The notes below the pieces were generated by a model, which was given only the letters and a program-made list of their open reading frames with translations, did not search any database and was not told where the DNA came from. Below, one piece after another: positions 44,988-56,932 of a stretch of 64,000 bases of DNA. The translations under genes and the position numbers were made by a program. Numbering within the stretch: the first letter of the stretch is position 1; the number at the start of each line of letters is the position of its first letter. The DNA comes from Cyanophora paradoxa CCMP329 (taxonomy: Eukaryota > Plantae > Glaucophyta): positions 1 through 64,000 of the forward strand of contig QPMI01000022.1 of the NCBI GenBank assembly GCA_004431415.1, read 5' to 3'.

Positions 44988-47900
44988 AGCGCGCGCTCCG
45001 AGGCTCGTTCAATTTCCAAGTTCGAATTCGGAAATGATACCGAGTAGCGCGCGCGGGTCTTCCGAACTCTTTTCATGCTGCCAGGAGGGCGATAAGCGCG
45101 ACCTTGCCGCCGCTGAAGCGCCGCGCGGGGCCGCCGCGGGCCGATTTTGCAGCGCGCAAAGCGCGGCGCGTCGAACACGTGGTCGGGGGGTACGACGCAC
45201 TTTCGCACTCCGCTGAATTCTCGTTCGCTGGACGTGGAGATGGCGGCCGCAACCTCAAAAGCGCGTATCTGCGCCGCCAGGCCTCATTCTTCTAAGAGCT
45301 CCTCGCCCTCAGCCTCCAGACTCGGAAGCGAGCTCCCGCAGCAGCAGCGCAAGCGCACCCGCAGGCGGCTCCAGTTATCCCACAGCCCGCAAGAGAGCCA
45401 AACAAAGGCCTTGATCGGCCTCGGCCCGTCCCCACCTAGCGCTCAGCAAGTCCTCGGCACCCGCGCACGCGATGGCGCGAGCGTCGAGCGCGCCGCTCCT
45501 GGCGGCCCTCGTCCTCATCTCTGCGGTGCTTCACGCGTCCGCCGGTGCGAGCCGACCCGCTTTAAGCTTTCGCTTCCCGTGCGCGCTGATCCAGACGCGC
45601 AGTAACGCACCACGGCGTGCTCTTTGAGGGCCCCGTGTCCCGCGGCCTCGTGCTCGCCTCGATGTCCTCCGACAGCTCCGGCGCCTTCCTCTCCGTCGCT
45701 GTCGTCTCCGAGGTGCGCTCTCCCGGTCCAGATCGAATTGAGTGCCCGCCCCGGGCCCACCACCTTGCGCGCAGGAGTGCGACAAGCTCATCGGCCACGC
45801 CGTGAATGTCACCCTCCCTCCTCCGCCGCCCCCGGCGGCCCCCGCGGAGAACGCGACTGTCCCCGAGGAGCACTTGGAGCGGGAGGCGCCGGCGGCGCTG
45901 TGGACCGGCATCGTGCAGGGCTCGTCGGAGGACGGGAACGCCGCCTGCTTCTTCAAGCCTGCGCTCTCCGCGGAGGGCGCGGCCGCCGCCGGCTCCGGCA
46001 ACAACCTGACCATGGTCTTCGAGCTGCGTGGCTTCCGGGCGGTCCTCGGCGGCGCCGGCCGCGTGCACCGCGTGGCGTACCTGTCGAACCGCTACGCCTC
46101 GCCCGCCCCGGCGTTCCCCTTCCGCCCGCGCAAGTCCGGCTCCCCGATCCGCATCCCGCCGGGCACCTTCGGCGTGGCCGTCCTCTCCCTCGACGCCGCC
46201 GACGCCGCCGACGGCCTCCTCACCGTGTACCAGGCACGCCGCTCCTGCCCGGCCATCTTTGACGCTCTGCTCTCCGGCTGACGCTGCGGCAGACGGCCGG
46301 CGACTTCTCCGGCGTGCGCCTCGCGTACGTGAACGCGACTGTGGCGGCTGACGGCACCGTGCGCAACGACACGTCGTCTTTCGTCGTGGACCCGGCCTGC
46401 GACCCCGCGGCCCCGGCCCCCGAGTGCATCCCTGCGCCCGCCGTGTCCATCGGGTGAGCGTCGCCGGGGCCCTGCGCTTCTTTCGCCGCTCACGGGCCGT
46501 GCAGCCGCGTGCGCAACGGCACCTGCGACTGCGGCATGGGCGGCCCGCGCGACGGCGGCATGCGCCCGCCCTTCAACGCCACCGCCTCGGAGCCGCGCCC
46601 GGCGCGCATGGGCGAGGGCGAGGCGCCGCGTATGGACGAGGGCGAGGGCCCGCGCGGCCCGGCGCCGAACGCCTCGGAGCCCTTCATGATGCCGCCTCCC
46701 CGCAACTGGTCGCGCCCCGAGGGCCAGCCGCTCCGCGAGCGGTGCACCCTGCGCGCCCTGACCGCGCGAGTGAGCCCTCGCTGACGGGCTGCCGGTCCGC
46801 AGGGAGCCGCAGTTCAGCCCGGACGAGGAGGGCGACATCTGCGCGTGCCCCATGTGAGCCGCCGCGCCGGCGCCGGGCTCCTTCGAACGCTCATCTGACG
46901 CCCCCGGCTCGCAGGACGATGCAGGAGGAAGCCGGGACGCAGCAGGGCCAGCCCCGCGCCGGCCAGGAGGGCCCCGTGCAGACCCAGCAGTCCGTATCCG
47001 GACAGCAAATGCCGCCGCAGCAGGGCGCGACCGGCCAGCAGCAGCAGGGCACGACCGGCCAGCGGATGCCGCCTCAGCAGGGCGCGACCGGCCAGCAGCA
47101 GACGGGCACATCTGGCCAGCAGATGCCGCCCCAGCAGGGCTCGACTACCCAGCAGCAGACGGGCACGTCCGGCCAGCGGATGCCGCCTCAGCAGGGCTCG
47201 ACTACCCAGCAGCAGGGCGCGACCGGTCAGCAGATGCCGCCCCAGCAGGGCTCGACTACCCAGCAGCAGACGGGCACGTCCGGCCAGCGGATGCCGCCTC
47301 AGCAGGGCTCGACTACCCAGCAGCAGACGGGCACGTCCGGTCAGCAGATGCCGCCCCAGCAGGGCTCAACCGGCGAGCAGATGGGCGCGACTAGCCAGCA
47401 GCAGCCGCAGCAGCCGCAGCAGCAGCAGCAGCGCGCTCAGGGCACGCCCAAGCCGCTCTTCCAGATGATCTACTCGCTGCCGTGGAAGATCCCGCGGCCC
47501 CCGCACATGCGCCTTGGCGGCCTGCGCGGCCCCCGCGGCAACTCCACCCGCCCTCCGATGAACGAGACCCGCCCGCCCATGGAGCACGGCCCTGTGAACG
47601 AGACGCGGCCCCCGATGGACGGCGCGCGCCCTCCGATGAACGGCACCGAGCCGCGCCCGCCGCGCCGCCAGCCGCGCGAGATGCCGCTCATCCCCGGCCC
47701 CGTCCGCTTCGTCCGGGTGCGCCTCCGCGCGTCAAGTCTCGCCCCTCGGCAGCCGCTGACCTTCACCGCAGATCTCCCTCACGAACGCGCGCCTCTCGAA
47801 GGACCCGGCGACGCCCGCGTCGCTCCTCACCGGCCTGCCCTCGGCCGTGGCGCTCACCACCGCGGACGGCACTCCGGCGCTGCCGCTCGGCGTCTTCGTG

Positions 47901-49445
47901 GCGACCCCGCAGTTCCCGCTGCCCGGCAGCGAGACCGGCGGCCTCTTCCCCGCCTCTACCGGTGCGCCTCGGCTCCTCTCCGCCTTTGTGCTTCCGCCTC
48001 TCTGACCGATGCCCGCGCAGACGACTACTACACCTTCCCCGCCGTCGGGCCCTTCATCCGCTCCGCTCCCGGCGACTGTGCGTGGCCCCGCCTCGAGCCT
48101 GTCTCTCTGGGCAGCGAGCTGACAGGTTCTGGGCCGCGCAGTCTCTGCCTTGAACATCCAGCTCTCGCTCGCGTCTGCGGCAGCCTCGTCGGGCGCCCTC
48201 CGCCGTACATGCGAGGCCATGGCGTCCACCAAGACCACCTCCGCCTCCGCCCCCGCCGGCTGCGTGACCAACGGCTGCAGCCTCCTCCAGTGCTTCATCT
48301 CCTGTGCGCCGCCCGCCCTCGCCCTCTGCCCCTGCGCATCCCTGACCGCCGCCGGCAGTCATGGGCGGCGATGACCTCGGCACGAGCTGCGCGTCGGTCT
48401 CGAACGCGGCATGCGCGGCGCCGGCCGCCGGACGCCGCCTGCTCGCCGACGCGGCGTCCATCTCCGCTTCCCTCACGGCCACCTCCGGCCAGTCCCCGGC
48501 CCAGGTCCGCCCCCTCCCCGCCCCACTTTCGAACCCGGCCGCTCACGTTCGCGCAGCTCGCGGCCGGCCTCGCGGGCGCCGTGTCGGGCACGAGCGGGCG
48601 GAGCTTCGCGGAGGGCGCGGCGGCGGTCCTCGCCGGGGCGAGCCTCCCGGCGGACGCGGCGGACCCGGCGACCTTCGGCGGGGCGGTGACGGGCCTCTCG
48701 GCGCCGGGCGCTAACATCCCAGTTGTGACGGCCGACGGCTCCTCCACCACCGCTCTCTCCGCCTCGAGCCCCGTCGCGGCCAGCACCGGCACTGCGGCCG
48801 CGGCGACGGACGCGGCGGCCGCCGGCAGCGGCAGCGCGGGCTCCACGCAGGCCACCTCGGCGACCGGCTCGGGCAACGGGCAGGCCGGCGCCTCCTCCTC
48901 GTCCTCGTCCTCGTCCCAGTCCGGCCTCTCGCAGAACGCGATCGTGGCCATCGGGGCGGCGGTCGGCGGCACGGCGCTCGTGGCGGCGGTGGCCGGCACG
49001 GCCGTTGCCGTCCAGCGCCGGCGGCGGGCTGGCTTCTCGCCGGCGCGCAACGTGCCCGGCCTGGAGACCGTCGCGGCGCCCCGCGGCGGCCCGGTCGACG
49101 TCGAGGCGCCGGAGCTCCCGCCCCTCCCCGTCGCCTGGGTCGACGCCGGCGCCAAGGCCCCGGCCCCGGCCCCGCCCGCGGAGCCGGAGCAGGCAGCGGC
49201 GGCGCCGGAAGGGCCGGAGGGCCTGGTGGTTGTGACTGAGGCGCCGCTGCAGCTGCCGGGCGCCCGCACGCCGCTCCCGCGCAGCGCCCTCGGCAGCCGC
49301 GCCGCTTCTGTCTCCGGCAGCCGCCCAGGCTCCCTCGAGATCCGCCTCTAGGCGCCCCCTCGGGCCCTTCGATTCTCGACTCTCTTGTTTAGACGCATTT
49401 CGCATTTTCAACGCAGCGGGCTCTGGGGTGTAAATAATGCCGGGT
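44988..49445 (+). repeat. Inverted segmental duplication, arm 1
   Basis: Reverse complement of 56,933-61,340, including upstream DNA, introns and 3' flank. Confidence 0.93.
45472..49351 (+). CDS. Type I membrane glycoprotein with Gln-rich repeats, multi-exon
   Basis: Signal peptide MARASSAPLLAALVLISAVLHASA; many NxT/S sites; QQMPPQQGSTTQQQTGTSG repeats (~47,000-47,400); TM AIVAIGAAVGGTALVAAVAGTAVAV followed by RRRR. Confidence 0.75.
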
Positions 49446-50303
49446 AGTGCTGCAGGCAGCCAGTGCAGTTCCTTGTACTTCGCGCGAATGTTTTTAAGAA
49501 GCCTGATATCGATGCATATGTGGTATACGTGTGGGTCCACGTGCACTACGGGATTTTGAATCCGCTTCGAAATCAATTCTCGGGATGAAGCTTATAAGGA
49601 AAGGCGGCAATTGCAAGGGGCGGCAAGCTTATATAATGAAGGGGCCCTGCTTGTGAATATGAGGGGGCGGCAATATGCAATGCATGGACATGACACGCAC
49701 GGGCCCGGGGCACTGCCGGGCAGCGCCGCGCATGCACGATCGCGATCATGAGCGCTAGCCGCGGCAAGAATTCGGATTCCCGGAAGCGCAGCGCTAGCTG
49801 GCTGCTAGCCTACTAAGCCTAGTAGCCTGCAACGGTGCTACCAACTTCAGCGGTACCAAGTTCTACCTCGCTAAGTTCTACCAGGTACCAGCTTGGTCCA
49901 GCTAGCAATGCCTAGCATGATAGTAGCATCCGCACAAATTAATTTGCGTTCGAACCGTTTTCAACTCAAGCACATGCATGAGATGAACGCGATTTCGTCT
50001 GCGTGCAAGCGAATCACTGGAACGGCATTCGCGCGCACGAATCACCGCGGGTGTCCGCTTTGAACTCCGCTACCGGGTAGCCTCGCGGTTGGTGCCCTGG
50101 AAGGGGGTACAGGCCAAGAAGCAACAGCTAGCAGAGGCAGTCGACGTCGGCCCGTTACTCGGCCACCACGACGGAGGGAGCGCCAACTATCTCGTTAGTT
50201 CGTTAGAAGACAGCCGCGCTGCTCCGGCGCCACGCGAATAGTGCCCCGCCCGTCTCTGCGCGAACCCGAAAGACAACCGGTTCCCGGGCGCCGGCGCCGT
50301 GAT

Positions 50304-53300
50304 ATGGAGGATATCAGGCGCATAAGGGAGAACTTCGACTCATTCAAGGTGCGCCCACGCTGCCAGCTCATGAGTTTGATGTGGCCAACCTTGACTTGGG
50401 TCAGGTCGTGTGCAAGCAAGCTGGCCTGGATCAGACCCTCGTCGATGAAGCGCAGAAGGATGTTGAGGGAGGCCCGAACAAAGTTTCGAGGCTTATCACG
50501 CTCTACAAGGCGCTGACTCAGCAGGCCCCGGCCGTGTACGGCATCTGGCGCTCCTCGACGGCATCGCAGCCGGGCGGGGCGGCCTCGCCCTTGCCAGCTA
50601 GCTTCAGCATGGGGCAGCTGCGCCCCCAGCCGTCCATCTCGTCCGAGTTCAGCGTGGCGAGCAGCGGGCCCGCTCTTGACGGCATGTGCGACACGGAGAG
50701 CCGGAGCGGTGTGACCACCATGTCAATGTACGACGCAGATGATCTAGCTGGTGCGCGCGCCCCGCCCGCGGACCGCCCTCGGCGCGGGAAACTTGCGATA
50801 GAAGCTTACGCGACGGGACACGGCAGGCTCCCGGAGTCCCCGGGGCGCCCTGGCGCAGCCGCCGTCTAGCATGGCGTCTCCGGTTTGTTTGAAGTTCCTT
50901 TTCCACACTCTTCTCCTGCCCGACTCGGGGCGCAGCGGGGTCGCAGCAAGGCTTCCACGTCGCCGGCCACATCCTCGCGCACGATGGAGCAGAGCACGGA
51001 GATCCAGGAGCTTTTAGACGGTCCGAGGCCGCCTTCATGCGGCCCGCGCGCCGCGGTCCAGCCGGAGCGCTCATCCCTGCTCCGTGTTCGTCGCGCAGAT
51101 CTTCCCCAGATCGGCGGCGCGGACTGGGACAACTGGGACTCGAGCAAGCTCATGCGCCAGGTTCGCTGGAGCGCCGCCGGCCGCCGCCCCCGCCCCCGCC
51201 CCCGCCGAATGGAGCCGGCGCGCTCAGATCGAGCGGCTCATCACCGACGCGACGGCGGAGCTGTGGGGGGGCCCCGCGCCCTCCTCGACGCTCGCCTCGT
51301 CGGCGTCGTCCTCGGCGAACGGCGACGCGGCGGAGTCCGACCTGCTGGTCGTGGGCGCCGACGAGGAGCTCGCCTCGTTCCCCGCCGTCTGGAAGGAGGC
51401 CGAGCACGTCGGCCTCGGTCAGCTCGTTTGGCTTCGCTTGGTTTGGATGGATTGAATGGATTGGCTTAGCGTCCGCCGCGCAGTGCCCAAGGCGAAGGTG
51501 GTCGAGATCCAGCACCAGCTGCTCCGCGCCCGCGAGCGGTGCGCCCGCCCGCGCCGCGCCGCGCCGGGCGCTTCTGCCCTTTACTTAAGCTCGCCTGCAG
51601 CGTGCGGAAGCTCGAATCGTGCTCCAAGAAGGCCACGAGCGCAGTCCAGGCGAGCCGCGCGGGGCGGGCGGGCCGCCGCCGCCGCCGCCGCCGCCTCTGA
51701 CACCGCGCGCGCGGGCGCGCGCACAGGTCCTGCGGCCGGTGCTGGCGCGGCTGGTGACGCAGGTCTCGCACACGGGGAGCAAGCTCGCCCGCGCGAGGCG
51801 GGACGCCGCAGAGGACGAGAAGCGCGCGCAGGTCGGCCCGCCCTCTTTTGAGTTTGTTCGGGGCGCCGGCCGGCCGTCTCTTAGCGCACGGCTGCAGGCA
51901 AACTTCCACTGCATGCTGAAGGCGACGGAGGACTCGCTGCGGGGCGAGATCCGCATGAAGGAGGAGGTCATCGGCGAGCTGCAGAGCAGCATGGCCGAGC
52001 TCCGCGCCAGCAACGAGGTTCGACATCGAATCCGAAGTTCGAGTGGTGCGCGAGGGCTGACGCGCAGCGCGCGCGCAGGCGTACCGGGCGCGGCTGCAGG
52101 CGGAGGAGTCGCGGGTGCGGGAGGGGGAGAGCCTGCGGCTGCGGGGCGAGGCCTCTAGCGAGGAGCTCCGGCGGCAGCTCTCCGAGGCGCAGACGGCGGC
52201 GGAGCGGTACCGGGCGGACCTCACGGACGTCGTGGCGCGGCTGCGGGGGCTCGAGGCGGAGCGGGAGGAGCGGGAGAAGACGGACAAGGGCGACCTGCAG
52301 GCCGTGGTCGAGCTCACGCAGCAGGTCGTCAAGCTCAAGCAGGAGAAGCGCGCCCCTCCCCGCCCCCTGCCCCCCGCCCTCCCCTCCCAACTCTTTCCCC
52401 CTTCGTCCCCCAGGGAGGTGCTGCGGGCCGGGATGGAGGTGCGGGACGCGAGGAACCGCAAGCTCGAGGAGGCCCTCGCCGCCCTCCGCACCCAGGCGCG
52501 TCGCACTCGATGGACGCGGGGCGGGGCAGGGCGGGCGGATCTTGACGGGGCGGGGCCCGCGGCAGGTGACGTCGGACGACGCGCCGACGCCTGAGCGCCG
52601 GCGGTCGCTCCTGGCGCGGGCCGAGGGCCACGAGTCGGCCTCCCGCATGCTCCTCGTGCGCGCAGAGGAGGAGCGCCGCGCCCGCCGCGCTGCGCCCGCC
52701 AACGCCTCCGCGGCGCAGGACCTGCGGGCGTCGCTGGACAAGGTGCGGGAGGAGGCGACGCGCAAGGTGGCGGCCCTCTCGGCGGACATGGAGCTCCTGC
52801 GGGGCGCGGCGGGGCACATGGCCGAGGAGCTCGCCGAGGCGCGCGCCCGCTACCACAAGGAGTGCAAGCTCCGCCGCCGCTACTTCAACGAGGTCATCGA
52901 GCTCAAGGTGGCATTGATTGATTCCTTCTTCTTTCTTTTCTGTCCATCGAACTCTACCTATCTAAGCATTCTTTCTTCTCCAGGGCTCGATCCGCGTCTT
53001 CTGCCGGGTGCGGCCGCTGATGGGCGACGAGGCGGGGGCGGTGGCCGGCCAGGCCACGGTGGCCTTCCCGGCGGACAACGAGATCGAGATGGTGCAGCTG
53101 GGGCCCGGCTCGGCCCCCAACGGCATCAAGCGCTTCGAGTTCGACCGCGTCTTCCCCCCGGCCTCCCCCCAGAGTGCGCCGCCTCGGCCCGCCTATCTTT
53201 TAGCTGGCGAACTCAGCCTGCGCAGCCACGGTGTTCGAGGATACGCAGCCGCTGGTCGCGAGCGCCATGGACGGCTACAACGTCTGCATGTGCGCGGCTT

Positions 53301-56237
53301 TGCACGTGCGCCTCGGGGCCTTGGTCCACGTTCTCACGCGGGGCCGGCAGCTTCGCGTACGGGCAGACGGGGAGCGGGAAGACGTACACGATGGAGGGGC
53401 CCCCCGGCGACCGCGTGCGCAGCGCCCCGTTCTTTCGCATCCAACTTCCCATGCCCGCCTCACTTCTCTCCCTCCCTCCAGGGCGTGAACCTGCGGGCGC
53501 TGGAGGAGCTGTTCGCGCTGAAGCGGGCGCGGCAGGGCGAGTGGTCCTACCACTTCCGTGTCTCCATGCTCGAGATCTACAACGAGTCCATCTACGACCT
53601 GCTGCTCCCGGCCTCGGCCGCCGCGCAGGCCCCCAAGCTGGAGATCCGGCAGGGCCCGGCCGGCAACTACGTGCAGGACCTGACCGAGGTGGAGGTCAAG
53701 AGCCTGCGCGAGGTCGAGGAGGTGATGCGCGCCGGCGCCGAGAACCGGACCGTCCACGCCACAGCGATGAACGAGCACTCCTCCCGCTCCCACTGGCGCG
53801 CCCCTCTCCCCTCTTTCTTGTGCCCGCTCTAAGCTGCTTCGCTCGCCCGCAGCGTGCTGCAGGTGCAGGTGGAGTCGACGAACCTGACGACGGGCCTGCG
53901 GGCGCTCTCGAAGCTCAACCTGATCGACCTCGCCGGCTCGGAGCGCGTCTCGCGCTCCGAGGCGACGGGGGACCGCCTGAAGGAGGCCCAGAACATCAAC
54001 AAGTCCCTCTCCGCCCTGGGCGACGTCATCGCGGTCCGCCCGCCCCGCCCGCCCCGCCCCCGCTTCCTTCTTCTTGGCCTCTGACCCACGCTCCCGGCCC
54101 GACAGGCGCTGTACCAGAAGTCGGCGCACGTGCCGTACCGCAACTCCAAGCTCACGTACCTCCTCCAGGACTCGCTCGGTGCGCGCGCGCGGGGGCGGGG
54201 GCGGGCGGCCCGGAGCCAGCTAGCGGGGGGGGCGATCCGTGCCTCGCGCCCACTCACTCACGCCCTCGGGCAGGCGGGGAGTCGAAGACGCTGATGTTCG
54301 TGCAAGTCTCGCCCTCGGTGGCCTCCCTCCAGGAGTCCCTCTGCTCCCTCAACTTCGCCCAGCGCGCCAAGTCCGCCCCGCCCGCCCTCCCGCCCGCCCT
54401 GCTCGGCCCCTCCTCTGCTCCTTTGCTGAGGGCCGCGGGGCGCGCAGGTGCGTGGAGCTGGGGCAGGGCAAGAAGATCGACCCCGTCGAGTTCAACAGGG
54501 CCAAGCAGGTGGTGCGCCGCCGCCGGCGCCGCCCCGTCCCCCGCCCCCTCGCCCCCCACCCCACCTCACCTCACGCCCTCCCCCCCGCAGGCGGTGAAGG
54601 CGAAGGAGGACGCGCGTGCGATGCAGGAGCGCCTGCGCGAGGCCGAAGCCAAGGCCGCCGTGCGCCGGCCCCGTCTTCTTAGGCGCCTCCCTTCTTCTTC
54701 TTAGACCGCGGCGGGCGCAGGCGCTGCAGAAGGACCTGGACGCGCGCAACGGGTCGCTGCTCGACTCGTCGACGTCGCTGCGGTCGGCGCGGGCGGAGGC
54801 GGCGGAGCAGGCGGCGGCGCTGGCGGCGGCGCGCAAGGAGAAGGCGGAGCTGCAGCGGCTGCTGGCCGAGGAGCGGGCGCGGGGCAAGGCCCGCGACGCG
54901 GCCCTCGCCCGCCTCGAGCAGCAGCAGCAGCAGCAGCAGCACAGGCACGCCCCGGCCGCCGCGGGGGCGGCAGCGGGGCCGGCGGCCTCCCACGCCCCTT
55001 CGGCTTCGGCGGCGGCGCCGGCGGCGGCCTCGCTGGCGGCGGCGGGGCCGGAGGAGCTGCACGTGGAGGCGCCGAACATGGACAGCTGGGAGGTGCCGAG
55101 CCTGCTGGGCGGCGGCATCGTCGAGAACGAGTGCGAGGAGGGCGACGAGGCGGCCGAGGGCTCCTCCTCCCGCCCCGCCTCGCGAGCCGGCTCGGTCCCC
55201 GGCACGCCCTCGGCGCCCCGCGCGACGGCCGCCGCCCTCGCCTCGCCCTCCGTCACCAAGCGGGGCTCGGGGACGCCCCTGGGCTCGCGGCGGCCCCCGC
55301 CCGGCTCGGCGCCGCGGGGCCTCGGCCTGGCGACGCCGACGCGGCTCTCGGACAAGCGGCCGTCGTCGAGCTCGGACCTGCGCCCGGGGCGGACCTCCCG
55401 CTCGGGCAGCGCCGAGCCGCTGGACCTGTCCCGCACCCTGGACGACGCCGCCAGCGAGCCCGGATCCCGCTCCTCCTCCGCCACCCGCGCCGCCGCCCGC
55501 AAGGCCGGCGCGCCGCTGGGCAGCAGCCACGGGCGGGGCGCCGAGCTCGCCCTCGCGCACGCCCGCAAGCAGGTGACCCACACGCCTCTTCTTTACTCCT
55601 CCTTCTTCTTCTTCCTCGTAAGGCTGACCCTCGCTCGCTCCGCCCAGGTGACCTTCGACCACCCGGACTCGCCGGAGGTCGAGGGCATCCGCATGCGCAA
55701 GAGCAAGGTCTCCGCGCTGGTCGGCCACGAGGGGGCCGGCGCCCGCCCCGGCGCCCTCGGCGCCGCCGCCGGGCGCACGCCGCCACCGCTGCGGCGGCCC
55801 ATTTCGGGATCCCTCTCGTCCTCGCTGCAGGGCCCGCTGACGCCGCGGTCGCGCTCGGCCACGAACCTGCTCGCCGGCGTGAGCCTCAGCTCCTCCCTCA
55901 CCCTCCCCTCCGGCACCGCCGCCGCCGCCCTCGCCGCCGGGCCCGGGCCCTCGCTCGCCTCCTCCGCCTCCGCCTCCTCGCTCGCCGGGGCGACCTCCTC
56001 GCTGCGGCCCGGGAGCGCGCACCCGGCGGCGCCCTCGTCGCTCACGCAGCTCCCGCCCCGGCGCGCCGTGACCCCCACAGGCACCTCCAGCTCCTCCGCC
56101 CTCTCCGGGTGCGCCGCTGTACCCCTCCCTCCCCTTTCCCCCCCGCTGACCTGGATCGCAGGCCGGCGTCGCGCGTGGCGAGCAAGGAGCGCGGGGCGGT
56201 GGTCAAGGCGCGGCCGGCGGCCGGCTGGCGCATGTGA
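50304..56237 (+). CDS. Kinesin-14 family motor (KIFC3/plant KIN14-like), multi-exon
   Basis: Neck [80 protein letters not shown]; coiled coils on both sides of the motor. Confidence 0.95.
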
Positions 56238-56932
56238 GCGGGAGGCGCGCCTGTACCCCCCTCCCTGTACAGCGGCCCCCTCGAGCTCGGCGGAGCAACC
56301 GCCGAGCCGGGCGCCCTTACCCCGCGCGCCCTCCTGGCGCCTCCAGATGGCTTAGGTTTTCTATCCCATTTCTTCTTTACGAGCCCTTTCGAGATGTTCG
56401 TATGATCGGCGGCCATGGCCGCGCCGTTTTCCCGGGCAGTTCTGCTGTGCTGGCCCAACGCAGTAATTGTAAGTGTTAGTGCCGGCCACTGTTTATCTCG
56501 CTATGTCTGTCGCCAGTTAAGTTGGATGAGTACGTGCATAATGATCACATGATCAAGCCTCCAATCTGGTCCTAAGAGCGGAGCTGGCCGCCAGGCCAGG
56601 GCTCATGATCAGCGACTGATCATGACACCTGGTCCCTATATGCCAAGATATGTGCACCCCCCGGGCCGGGCGCATGATCATGATGATGATGAGGCTGAGT
56701 CAAAAAGCTTCGAGACTCTGAGAGAGACTGATCAGAACTTAGTAAGAGGCCCCTGAGGGCGCCGGCTAGCTATAGCGCTAGCGCTCAGTGATTCGCGATC
56801 GAATCCAATGATTCATTGATTGCGAAATTCAAAAGAGTCCACAACTTGGAAACAACATATTCAAAGCTCTAGAATCGCGATCTGTTCTAGACTACAGCTA
56901 GCGCTGGCGGCCTGCAGCCGCCTGAGCACTAC

